DNA of 61,878 bases from an uncultured Bacilli bacterium (GTDB lineage Bacteria > Bacillota_I > Bacilli_A > RF39 > UBA660), in NCBI GenBank assembly GCA_934086775.1, contig CAKOIJ010000002.1:1-61878 (forward strand), in the 5' to 3' direction. A program made the position numbers and the translations under genes. Below the pieces are notes generated by a model. The model did no database searches. It was given only the letters and a program-made list of their open reading frames with translations, and was not told the origin of the DNA. This document shows, one piece after another, positions 20,202 through 28,918 of this stretch; the stretch's first letter is position 1, and each line of letters opens with the position of its first letter.

Positions 20202-20712
20202 TGAACTTTATAATGTGCGTGAGTTACCTTTATCTAGCAATCTAGATTTAAGAAAAGCACAAATGAAAGTACTTGCTAATATAGAGTTAACTAATAAAGA
20301 CAAAGTAATATTAGGTAGAGATAAAACGGTAAAACAAATAGGAAACTATATATTAAAAGAAGACCACGTCTATCGCTTAGTAGATGAAGAAACATATAAC
20401 ATATATCTAAAAAGTGGTTACATATACGGACATAACAGCACTGATGAATATGAAGAAAATGGTAAAACATATAATAACAATAAAGGAGTAGATTGGTACC
20501 TTGGAGGAGCTTCATTAAAATATGGAACTATTCTTCTAGAGTGCCCAGCATATAAAGAATACTTTACACCTAGTTATGATTTTGGCTGTCATTTGGCATT
20601 TAATCCAAATGTAAGACACATGAAATCTTCAGGTTACAAAAATCCTGTACCTTTAGAACTGGTAAAAGTAATTAACTTAAAAGAAGAAAATATCATGTAT
20701 AACAAAAGGTGA
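20191..20712 (+). CDS. Hypothetical protein
   Basis: 173-aa ORF overlapping the gpmI stop by 11 nt; occupies the position usually held by eno. No motif recognised. Confidence 0.4.
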   Translation: MKTNELYNVRELPLSSNLDLRKAQMKVLANIELTNKDKVILGRDKTVKQIGNYILKEDHVYRLVDEETYNIYLKSGYIYGHNSTDEYEENGKTYNNNKGVDWYLGGASLKYGTILLECPAYKEYFTPSYDFGCHLAFNPNVRHMKSSGYKNPVPLELVKVINLKEENIMYNKR

Positions 20713-20715
20713 AAA

Positions 20716-21498
20716 TCATTCACCTTTTTTAAGTATATCCATTACATGACTACTCGTACCTAAAAACTCATATCTTTCGCAAACACTTAAATGGTATTTT
20801 AAATATAAATTAAACTCCTCTTCACTTAGATTATTAATATCTCTTCTAAAATAATCGGTAAGCCCATCTTGGCTAATAATTTTTACTCTCTTCAAATCAC
20901 ACATATCCTTATAATAATCGATATTTTCTAATCTAACAAAACTATATAAATCATCTTCTTTAGAAACAACCTTAAAATTATTATTAACCAAATCATTTTC
21001 AAAAGAATGAATAATATTTTTATCTAAAAAACCATGTTTAAAAATAGCATAATCATTCATATAATAACTAATAAAAATATACCCGTTTCCTTTTAAAACT
21101 CTTTTAGCCTCCATTAAAGCCTTAATTTTCTCTTCATCACTAATAAGATGATACATTGGTCCAAACAAAATAACCACATCGAAACTTTCATCACCGAATT
21201 TTCTCAAATCGGTAGCAGTTCCCAAAAAACTTGGAATATCAGGATAATTATTTCTAAGTACCATTAGATTATGTTTAACAAGTTCTACACTAGTAACATT
21301 ATAACCTAAACTAAATAAATACCCAGAATATCTTCCTGTTCCAGCACCTACATCTAAAACCTTAGGGTTATTAAACTTCTTTAAATATTCTAAAATATAA
21401 TATACAGCAGTATTAAATTCTACTATTCCATGTCTTCTAGTAAGCCTCTTATCTTCATTAAATTTATTATAATAATTAATTAAATTTTTCTCATTCAT
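20716..21498 (-). CDS. Class I SAM-dependent methyltransferase
   Basis: VLDVGAGTGRYSGYL SAM motif I and DVVILFGPMYHL motif. Confidence 0.8.
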   Translation of the reverse strand: MNEKNLINYYNKFNEDKRLTRRHGIVEFNTAVYYILEYLKKFNNPKVLDVGAGTGRYSGYLFSLGYNVTSVELVKHNLMVLRNNYPDIPSFLGTATDLRKFGDESFDVVILFGPMYHLISDEEKIKALMEAKRVLKGNGYIFISYYMNDYAIFKHGFLDKNIIHSFENDLVNNNFKVVSKEDDLYSFVRLENIDYYKDMCDLKRVKIISQDGLTDYFRRDINNLSEEEFNLYLKYHLSVCERYEFLGTSSHVMDILKKGE

Positions 21499-21584
21499 AA
21501 TATCACTAGAAATATAATATCATAAATCTTGACTAAATAATATATTTTGTTATATACTTTACTTATTAAAAAGGAGATGAAATA

Positions 21585-23150
21585 ATGAATAAATTTTATG
21601 TAACAACACCTATCTATTACCCAAGTGGTAAATTTCATATAGGAACAGCTTACACAACTTTGCTAGCAGATGTTCTTGCAAGATATAACAGACAAAAAGG
21701 AAAAGAAGTAAGGTTTCTAACTGGAATGGATGAACATGGTGAAAAAATTCAAAAAAAATCAGAAGAAGAAGGAATATCGCCACAAGAATATGTAGATAAA
21801 ATGGCTAACTCTGCAAAAGAACTATGGAAAAAACTAAACATATCAAATGACGATTTCATTAGAACTACAGATGAAAGACATGTACTATCTGTATCAAAAG
21901 CATTTGAAATATTATATAATCAAGGAGACATATATTTAGGAAAATACAAGGGTAAATACTGTGTGCCTTGCGAAACATTCTACACTGAAAGTCAATTAGT
22001 AGATGGTAAATGTCCTAGTTGTATGAGAGAAGTTAAAGAAGTAGAAGAAGAAACATATTTCTTTAATATGAAAAAGTATGAAGAAAAATTAAAAAAATTC
22101 TATGAAGAAAATCCAGACTTCTTAGTTCCTGTTACAAAAAAGAATGAAATAATGAATAGTTTTGTAAATGTAGGAATAGAAGACCTATGCATATCAAGAA
22201 CAACATTTAACTGGGGAATACCAGTACCAAATAACCCAAAACATGTCATGTATGTATGGCTTGATGCACTACTAAATTATGTAACAGCATTAGGATACTT
22301 AAGTGATGATGAAAGCTTACTAAACAAATTCTGGCCAGCAGATGTTCAAATAATTGGTAAAGACATATTAAGATTTCATGCAATATATTGGCCAATATTT
22401 CTAATGGCTCTTAATTTACCAATTTCTAAAAAATTATTTGTCCATGACTTCATAATGATGAGAGATGGCAAAATGAGCAAAAGTAAAGGTAACGTAATAT
22501 ATCCAGATGTACTTGCAGATGCATATGGTGTTGATGCAGTAAGATATACTATTCTTAAAAGTCTTCCTTATGGACAAGATGGAGAATTCACTCCAGAGTC
22601 ATTTATAGAAAAATATAATACTGACCTATGTAATGATTTAGGAAATCTAGTGAATAGAACAATAGCAATGATTAATAAATATCAAGAAGGAATTATAAAA
22701 CTATCAAATACAAAAACTACTTATGATGTTGAACTTAATGCTTATATTACAAATGAAATAAACTTATATGAAAAAGAAATGGAAAATATCAATATTCAAA
22801 ATGCTATATCTCATATACTTAACATAGTTTCAAGAACAAATAAATATATTGATGAAACAAGTCCATGGGTACTCTATAAAGAAGAAAAATATGATGAATT
22901 AACAAGTGTTATGTTTAACTTATACGAAGCAATAAGAAAAGCAGCAATACTATTTGTACCTTTCATACCTGAAACAAGTTTAAACATATTTAATCAACTT
23001 GGGCTAAAAGAAAATCAAACAACATTTGAAAGTCTAACAAATTCAGTAGATCTAGAAAATAATAAAGTTATAGAAAAAGGAATTCCTTTGTTTAACAGAT
23101 TAGATCCAAGTATAGAAGTAGATAGGCTTAAAGATTTAATGAAGAATTAA
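21585..23150 (+). CDS. metG: Methionyl-tRNA synthetase (short form)
   Basis: PIYYPSGKFHIGTAYT (HIGH), CxxC...CxxC zinc knuckle, KMSKSKGN. Confidence 0.95.
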   Translation: MNKFYVTTPIYYPSGKFHIGTAYTTLLADVLARYNRQKGKEVRFLTGMDEHGEKIQKKSEEEGISPQEYVDKMANSAKELWKKLNISNDDFIRTTDERHVLSVSKAFEILYNQGDIYLGKYKGKYCVPCETFYTESQLVDGKCPSCMREVKEVEEETYFFNMKKYEEKLKKFYEENPDFLVPVTKKNEIMNSFVNVGIEDLCISRTTFNWGIPVPNNPKHVMYVWLDALLNYVTALGYLSDDESLLNKFWPADVQIIGKDILRFHAIYWPIFLMALNLPISKKLFVHDFIMMRDGKMSKSKGNVIYPDVLADAYGVDAVRYTILKSLPYGQDGEFTPESFIEKYNTDLCNDLGNLVNRTIAMINKYQEGIIKLSNTKTTYDVELNAYITNEINLYEKEMENINIQNAISHILNIVSRTNKYIDETSPWVLYKEEKYDELTSVMFNLYEAIRKAAILFVPFIPETSLNIFNQLGLKENQTTFESLTNSVDLENNKVIEKGIPLFNRLDPSIEVDRLKDLMKN

Positions 23151-23194
23151 AAATTGGGTTGAAATATTTAAAATAAGTGGTAAAATATTAAATA

Positions 23195-23395
23195 GTTAAA
23201 TGTTTTGATTAGGACACGACTAATAATAATTATTTACTAAGCGAATTGTGTATGGTGAAAGACAATTAAATAACTTATTAGTTACTACCTATGAACAGGA
23301 CTCGAAAGATGTTCCCGGAGAAATTCTCCGTTATTCAAATAAAGTTAAAAATGGATGGTACCGTGTCAAGCACTCCTTTAAAGGGGTGCTTTTTC
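23195..23395 (+). promoter_or_regulatory. T-box riboswitch leader (Thr specifier) of thrS
   Basis: GGTGAAAG GA-motif region, ACU ACC Thr codons at 23284..23289, T-box AAATGGATGGTACCGTG (23349..23365), terminator agcactcc/ggggtgct plus T run (23369..23395). A candidate promoter TTGAAA-16-TGgTAAAAT lies at 23159..23186. Confidence 0.85.
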
Positions 23396-23422
23396 ATTTA
23401 ACAAAAAGAAAGGATGATAAAA

Positions 23423-25186
23423 ATGATAAATATTAAAGAAAACGAAAAACTAAGTGTAATGAACCACTCATGTGCCCATTTACTAGCGCAAGCAGTTCAG
23501 CACTTATACCCAGATGCTAAGTTCTGGGTAGGACCAGTTATTGAAGAAGGCTTTTACTATGACATTGATTTAGGAGATAATGTCATAAAAGAAGAAGACC
23601 TAGAAAAAATAGAAAAAGAAATGAAAAAGATTTCTAAAGATGGAAAAAGAATAGTAAGACACGAACTTACTAAAGAGGAAGCTTTAGAAAGATTTAAAAA
23701 TGATCCATATAAAATAGATTTAATTAGTAGAATGGATGAAAATAGCACTGTAATTAGCTGTTATACACAAGGAGACTTCACTGACCTTTGTAGAGGCCCT
23801 CATGTTGAAACAGTAAAAGAACTAAAATACTTTAAACTTCTAAAAGTAAGCGGAGCATACTGGAAAGGTGATTCAAAAAACAAAATGCTTCAAAGAATAT
23901 ATGGAGTATGCTTTGATAATGAAGAAGATTTAAACGTTTATCTCACAGAACTTGCAGAAGCTAAAGAAAGAGATCACAGAAAAATAGGTAAAGATTTATC
24001 AATATTTATGACTAGCGACTTAGTCGGTAAAGGAATGCCTTTATGGCTTCCTAATGGTGCTATTATAAGAAAACAACTAGAAAATTATATCTATGAAAAA
24101 GAAAGAAAAATGGGATACTTACATGTGTATACACCATGTGTTGGAACAACTGAACTATATAAAACAAGTGGACACTGGGATCACTATAAAGAAAATATGT
24201 TCCCAATGATGAAAGTAGACGATGAAGAATTTGTACTTCGTCCAATGAACTGCCCACATCATATGCTAATTTATGCAAATGACTTACACTCTTATAGAGA
24301 CTTACCAATAAGAATAGGCGAATTTGCAACAGACTTTAGATATGAAGCTTCTGGTGCAGTAAAAGGTCTAGAAAGAGTAAGATGCATGTGTCAAAATGAT
24401 GCTCACTTATTTGTAACTCCTGAACAAATAAAAGAAGAATTTAAAAAAGTAGTATCACTAATACTTGATGTATATAAAGACTTTGGTTTCAAAAACTATA
24501 GTTTCAGACTTTCATTAAGAGACCCAGAAGACAAAGAAAAATATTTTGATGACGATGAGATGTGGAATACTGCAGAAGACAAACTAAGGGAAGTATTAAA
24601 TGAATATGGATGCTCATACAAAGAAGCAATTGGAGAAGCTGCATTTTATGGCCCTAAACTAGATGTTGAAGTAAAACCAGCAGTAGGACCAGAAGTAACG
24701 CTTTCTACTTGTCAATTAGACTTCTTACTTCCTAGAAGATTTGACTTATCATATATAGACAAAGATGGTTCAAAGAAAACTCCAGTAGTTATTCACCGCG
24801 CTATATTTGGAACATTTGATAGATTTACTGCATTCCTAATGGAAGAAACAAAAGGAGCTTTCCCACTATGGTTATGCCCAACTGAAGTTAATATAATTCC
24901 AGTAAACAATGACTATCACTTAGAATATGCAAAAGAAGTTTATAAAGACTTAGACGAGATGAATGTAAGAGTTAACCTAGATGATAGAAATGAAAAACTA
25001 TCATACAAAATGAGAGAAAGTCAAACAAAGAAAAATCCTATAACATTAATATTAGGAGATAAAGAAGTAGAAAATAATACTATTAGCTATAGAAAATTTG
25101 GTAGTACTGAAACATATACTCTTCCAAAAGAAATATTTATAAAAACATTAAAAGAAGCTATTAGTACAAGAAAACAAAACATATAA
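23423..25186 (+). CDS. thrS: Threonyl-tRNA synthetase lacking the N-terminal TGS domain
   Basis: HSCAHLLAQAV editing-domain motif within the first 25 aa, class II motifs (FRYEASG, GPKLD). ATG 23423 is better spaced from the GAAAGGA RBS than ATG 23414. Confidence 0.93.
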   Translation: MINIKENEKLSVMNHSCAHLLAQAVQHLYPDAKFWVGPVIEEGFYYDIDLGDNVIKEEDLEKIEKEMKKISKDGKRIVRHELTKEEALERFKNDPYKIDLISRMDENSTVISCYTQGDFTDLCRGPHVETVKELKYFKLLKVSGAYWKGDSKNKMLQRIYGVCFDNEEDLNVYLTELAEAKERDHRKIGKDLSIFMTSDLVGKGMPLWLPNGAIIRKQLENYIYEKERKMGYLHVYTPCVGTTELYKTSGHWDHYKENMFPMMKVDDEEFVLRPMNCPHHMLIYANDLHSYRDLPIRIGEFATDFRYEASGAVKGLERVRCMCQNDAHLFVTPEQIKEEFKKVVSLILDVYKDFGFKNYSFRLSLRDPEDKEKYFDDDEMWNTAEDKLREVLNEYGCSYKEAIGEAAFYGPKLDVEVKPAVGPEVTLSTCQLDFLLPRRFDLSYIDKDGSKKTPVVIHRAIFGTFDRFTAFLMEETKGAFPLWLCPTEVNIIPVNNDYHLEYAKEVYKDLDEMNVRVNLDDRNEKLSYKMRESQTKKNPITLILGDKEVENNTISYRKFGSTETYTLPKEIFIKTLKEAISTRKQNI

Positions 25187-25224
25187 GGTGGAATATTTCC
25201 ATCTTTTTTAGAAAGTAGGAACTT

Positions 25225-26007
25225 ATGACAAGATTAGATATAGAATTAGTAAATAGACAAATTTGTCAGACAAGAAGTAAAGCACAAATGGAAATAAAAA
25301 ATTCCAATATTTTAGTAAACGGGAAAATAATTATAAAGCCTTCTTTTGATGTAAATATTGAAGATGTTATTACTCTTAACCATGAAGTACTAAAATATGT
25401 TTCCAGAGGCGGACTAAAATTAGAAAAAGCAATACTTGTATTCAAAATAAACTTAACTAATAAGATTATGCTAGACATTGGAGCGTCTACTGGAGGTTTT
25501 ACTGACTGCGCACTAAATAATAAAATAAAAGAGGTAGTTTGTGTTGATGTAGGAAGTAATCAATTAGATGAAACAATTAGAAATAACGAAAAAGTACACG
25601 TATATGAAAATACTGATATAAGAAAATTTGATAACCCTCTTTTATCAAATATAGATATAGTGACAATAGATGTTTCATTTATCAGTGTAACAAAAATAGT
25701 AGATAAATTAAATATTATAAATGCAAAAGAAATAATTTGTCTAATAAAACCTCAATTTGAATGTGGGAAAACTATTGCTGATAAATATAAAGGAATAGTG
25801 CTTGATAAAGAAGTTCATGAAAAGGTAATAAAAAATGTCGTTAACTCCTTTAAAGAGATAAACTACAACTTAAAAAACATAACATTTAGTCCAGTAAAAG
25901 GTGGTAACGGAAATATAGAATACTTGGCATACTTTACAAAGGAAGAAATTAATAACACTATTAATTTTGAAGATTTAGTCAGTACTACTTTTAAAATAAT
26001 GAAATAA
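25225..26007 (+). CDS. tlyA: TlyA-family rRNA 2'-O-methyltransferase (hemolysin A-like)
   Basis: S4 domain (RLDIELVNRQICQTRSKAQ), YVSRGGLKLE, DIGASTGGFTDC, IKPQFE motifs. Confidence 0.9.
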   Translation: MTRLDIELVNRQICQTRSKAQMEIKNSNILVNGKIIIKPSFDVNIEDVITLNHEVLKYVSRGGLKLEKAILVFKINLTNKIMLDIGASTGGFTDCALNNKIKEVVCVDVGSNQLDETIRNNEKVHVYENTDIRKFDNPLLSNIDIVTIDVSFISVTKIVDKLNIINAKEIICLIKPQFECGKTIADKYKGIVLDKEVHEKVIKNVVNSFKEINYNLKNITFSPVKGGNGNIEYLAYFTKEEINNTINFEDLVSTTFKIMK

Positions 26008-26024
26008 TTAACAAGATTTAATTA

Positions 26025-26053
26025 AAAAAGAGTCTCAACAAGAGACTTTTTAA
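26025..26053. terminator. Bidirectional terminator between tlyA and the convergent HTH gene
   Basis: aaaaagagtctc-aacaa-gagacttttt stem-loop with flanking A/T runs. Confidence 0.6.
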
Positions 26054-26319
26054 TTATCTAATAAATCTTCTATATTACATCCTAAAACTCTTGCTAATTT
26101 ATATAATGTTTCGCCTTGTACCTTATTTATATCATTTCTTCTTTGCACATACATCTGAATTGAACGAAGTTTTACATCGGCTAATTTTGTTAGTTTACTT
26201 TGAGACAAACCACTTGCTTGTCTTGCTATTTTTAAATTTGAAATTTCTTTGTTATGAAAATATGTATTTGCAATATCAAAAAATTTAGTTATATCTGCTT
26301 CATGCAAGGATAAATACAT
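26050..26319 (-). CDS. XRE-type HTH domain protein
   Basis: C-terminal LKIARQASGLSQSKLTKLADVKLRSIQMYVQRRNDINKVQGETLYKLARVLG helix-turn-helix. Confidence 0.65.
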   Translation of the reverse strand: MYLSLHEADITKFFDIANTYFHNKEISNLKIARQASGLSQSKLTKLADVKLRSIQMYVQRRNDINKVQGETLYKLARVLGCNIEDLLDN

Positions 26320-26370
26320 GTTTAAGACTTCTTCTATTGGGAAGTACTTATTAATTTTATAAAAAGAATA

Positions 26371-26499
26371 TCATTTTGCTTGTTGGTAATGCTTAAGTAC
26401 AATAAAACCAAAACCATAATCATTATGAACTTTACTATTATGATAATAAGGCTTCTCAATAATATCTTTTAAACCATGATATATAATTATCTTTGACAT
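26371..26499 (-). pseudogene. 42-codon N-terminal remnant resembling the DUF3990 family
   Basis: My translation is MSKIIIYHGLKDIIEKPYYHNSKVHNDYGFGFIVLKHYQQAK*. It fits the YHG...P...DFG.GFY...QA pattern of DUF3990 N-termini, but family members are roughly 150 aa. Below the 60-aa track cutoff. Confidence 0.35.
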
Positions 26500-26632
26500 A
26501 CTATCCTCATTCGATTAATACAATCATATCGTTGTGATGATATAAAGCCGAGACGTTTCTGTATTAAATAATAATATTTCTAGATAAATCTACCACACTA
26601 TAGTATAATATAAGAAAAGAGGAGGGTTAACA

Positions 26633-27106
26633 ATGGAATATTTAGATGTTTATGATGGAAACAAAAAGAAGACAGGAAAAATTATAGTAAGGGGTGAAAA
26701 ACCAAAAGAAAATGAACATATTTTATTATCAATAATTTTTATTAAAAATAGTGAAGGAAAATACTTAATTCAAAAAACATCAAAAGAAAAAGGCGGACAT
26801 TATAGTTCTACTGGGGGACATGTCGGAAGTAATGAAGACTCTAAAACAACAATACTAAGAGAGTTAAAAGAAGAATTAGGTCTAATAGTTAATGGTGATG
26901 AAATCAAATATGTAGGAGACATTTTTTTAGGAATTCCAATTGCAGATGTATACTATTTGGAAAAAGACATTACTTTAAAAGATTTAAAATTACAAAAAGA
27001 AGAAGTTGATGAAGTTTCATATATGACTAAAGATGAAATACTAAATTTAATTGACAATGAAAACTTTACTAAGTCACACGGTAAAATACTAAAAAAATAT
27101 TTTTAA
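26633..27106 (+). CDS. NUDIX hydrolase
   Basis: Nudix box GGHVGSNEDSKTTILRELKEELGL. Confidence 0.8.
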   Translation: MEYLDVYDGNKKKTGKIIVRGEKPKENEHILLSIIFIKNSEGKYLIQKTSKEKGGHYSSTGGHVGSNEDSKTTILRELKEELGLIVNGDEIKYVGDIFLGIPIADVYYLEKDITLKDLKLQKEEVDEVSYMTKDEILNLIDNENFTKSHGKILKKYF

Positions 27107-27149
27107 AATTAATCCGTTGACAAATAGATACCATTGTTATAAAATAAAA

Positions 27150-27385
27150 TTATCAAAACGAAGAAAAAGAGAAGTAAAATTATATTTTATTTAAGAGAGC
27201 TAACGGATGGTGAAAGTTAGTAATAAAAATAATTTGAATAACACTTTGGAGTGCTTTTCTGAAATTATAAAGTAGGGAAAGCCGTATAGATGCGTTAAAT
27301 CTTAAAGTGATCTATTGATATAGATAAATTAGGTGGCACCGCGGAAGCAGTATTTCGTCCTTTTTTGGATAAATACTGCTTTTAA
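27150..27385 (+). promoter_or_regulatory. T-box riboswitch leader (Asn specifier) of asnS
   Basis: AGAGA and GGATGGTGAAAG elements, AAU AAC A specifier context (AAC at 27240..27242), T-box AAATTAGGTGGCACCGCGG (27326..27344), terminator aagcagtattt/aaatactgctt (27345..27381). A TTGACA -35 box lies at 27117. Confidence 0.85.
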
Positions 27386-27407
27386 TTTATAAGAAAGGAT
27401 GGTAAAT

Positions 27408-28793
27408 ATGAATTACACATATTTAAAAGATTTATTTGAAAACGAAGAAAAATTAATAGGAAAAGAAATTACACTAAAAGGATGGATTAGAAATCATAGA
27501 CCTCAAAAAGAATTTGGTTTTATAGATTTTTCTGATGGTACAAGTTTTAGACATTTACAAGTGGTGTATACAAGTGAAATAGAAAATTTTGAAGAACTCT
27601 CTAAATTACATAATGGTTCAAGTATTAAAGTGGTGGGAGAATATATTAAGTCAGAAGGTTCAGGTCAAGAATATGAATTGAAAGCAAAAATGATAGAACT
27701 AATAGAAGATTGTCCAGAAGATTATCCACTTCAACCAAAAAAACATAGCATGGAATTTCTAAGAAGCATTGCATATTTAAGACCTAGAGCTAATACTTTC
27801 CAAGCTGTATTCAGAGTAAGAAGTGTTGCAGCTTATGCAATACATAAGTATTTTAATGAAAATAATTATATATATGTTCATACACCTCTTTTAACAACAG
27901 CGGATTGTGAAGGTTCTGATCAAATGTTCAAAGTAACTACTTTGGATTTCGATAATTTGCCAAAAAAAGATGGGAAAGTCGATTTTAGTAAAGATTTATT
28001 TAATAAAAAAACTTTTATTACTGGTTCAGGCCAACTTCATGGAGAAACTTTTGCTCTTGCATTCAGCAAAATCTATACCTTTGGGCCAACATTTAGAACA
28101 GAAAACTCAAATACCAAAACGCATGCTAATGAATTTTGGATGATAGAACCTGAAATAGCCTTTGCAGACATTAATGACTTGATGGATATTGAAGAAGATT
28201 TCTTGAAATATATTGTTAAACATGTATTGGAGGAGTGCCCAAATGAAATTGAATTTTTTGACAAATTTGTAGAAAAAGGATTAAAAGAAAAACTTGAAAA
28301 AGTAGTAAATAGTAAATTCGTTAGAATAGATCATAAAGACGTAATAGATCTTTTAATTAACAGTGGCGAGAAGTTTGAGTTTACCCCATCATATGATGAT
28401 GACATTGCAAAAGAACATGAAAAATGGCTTACAAAACACTTTAATGGACCAGTATTTGTTAAAAACTGGCCAAAAGATATAAAAGCTTATTATATGAAAC
28501 TTAATGAAGATGGTAAAACTGTTGCAGCAGTTGATTTAGAAGTGCCAGGTTCTGGTGAACTTATGGGTGGTTCACAAAGAGAAGAAAAACTAGACATTTT
28601 ATTAGCGCGTATGGAAGAACTTGGAATAGATAAAGAACCAATCGACTGGTATTTAAATTTAAGACGTTATGGAGGATGCATTCATTCAGGATTTGGAATG
28701 GGATTTGAAAGACTTATTATGTATCTAACAGGAATAGAAAATATTAGAGATGTAATAGCATACCCTAGAACTCCAAACAACTGTTTATATTAA
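27408..28793 (+). CDS. asnS: Asparaginyl-tRNA synthetase
   Basis: OB-fold N-terminus, class II motifs (FRTENSNTKTHANEFWMIEPE, GFGMGFERL). ATG 27408 is properly spaced from the AAAGGA RBS. Confidence 0.93.
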   Translation: MNYTYLKDLFENEEKLIGKEITLKGWIRNHRPQKEFGFIDFSDGTSFRHLQVVYTSEIENFEELSKLHNGSSIKVVGEYIKSEGSGQEYELKAKMIELIEDCPEDYPLQPKKHSMEFLRSIAYLRPRANTFQAVFRVRSVAAYAIHKYFNENNYIYVHTPLLTTADCEGSDQMFKVTTLDFDNLPKKDGKVDFSKDLFNKKTFITGSGQLHGETFALAFSKIYTFGPTFRTENSNTKTHANEFWMIEPEIAFADINDLMDIEEDFLKYIVKHVLEECPNEIEFFDKFVEKGLKEKLEKVVNSKFVRIDHKDVIDLLINSGEKFEFTPSYDDDIAKEHEKWLTKHFNGPVFVKNWPKDIKAYYMKLNEDGKTVAAVDLEVPGSGELMGGSQREEKLDILLARMEELGIDKEPIDWYLNLRRYGGCIHSGFGMGFERLIMYLTGIENIRDVIAYPRTPNNCLY

Positions 28794-28797
28794 TAAT

Positions 28798-28828
28798 AAC
28801 CATAGCAAATTTATTGCTATGGTTTATT
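28798..28828 (+). terminator. Intrinsic terminator after asnS
   Basis: aaccatagcaa / ttgctatggtt 11-bp stem followed by a T-rich tract. Confidence 0.65.
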
Positions 28829-28918
28829 TAATAGTTTATTTTATAACAAAATCTTTTAATTTATTCATATTTGCTGTATAATATAAACATTAAAAAGCAA
28901 AAATAGGAGTTGATAACT

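Noticed and set aside
23248-23436. 62-aa ORF upstream of thrS
   Set aside because: It lies entirely within the thrS T-box leader: it contains the specifier region, the T-box sequence AAATGGATGGTACCGTG and the terminator. It is an RNA element, not a gene.
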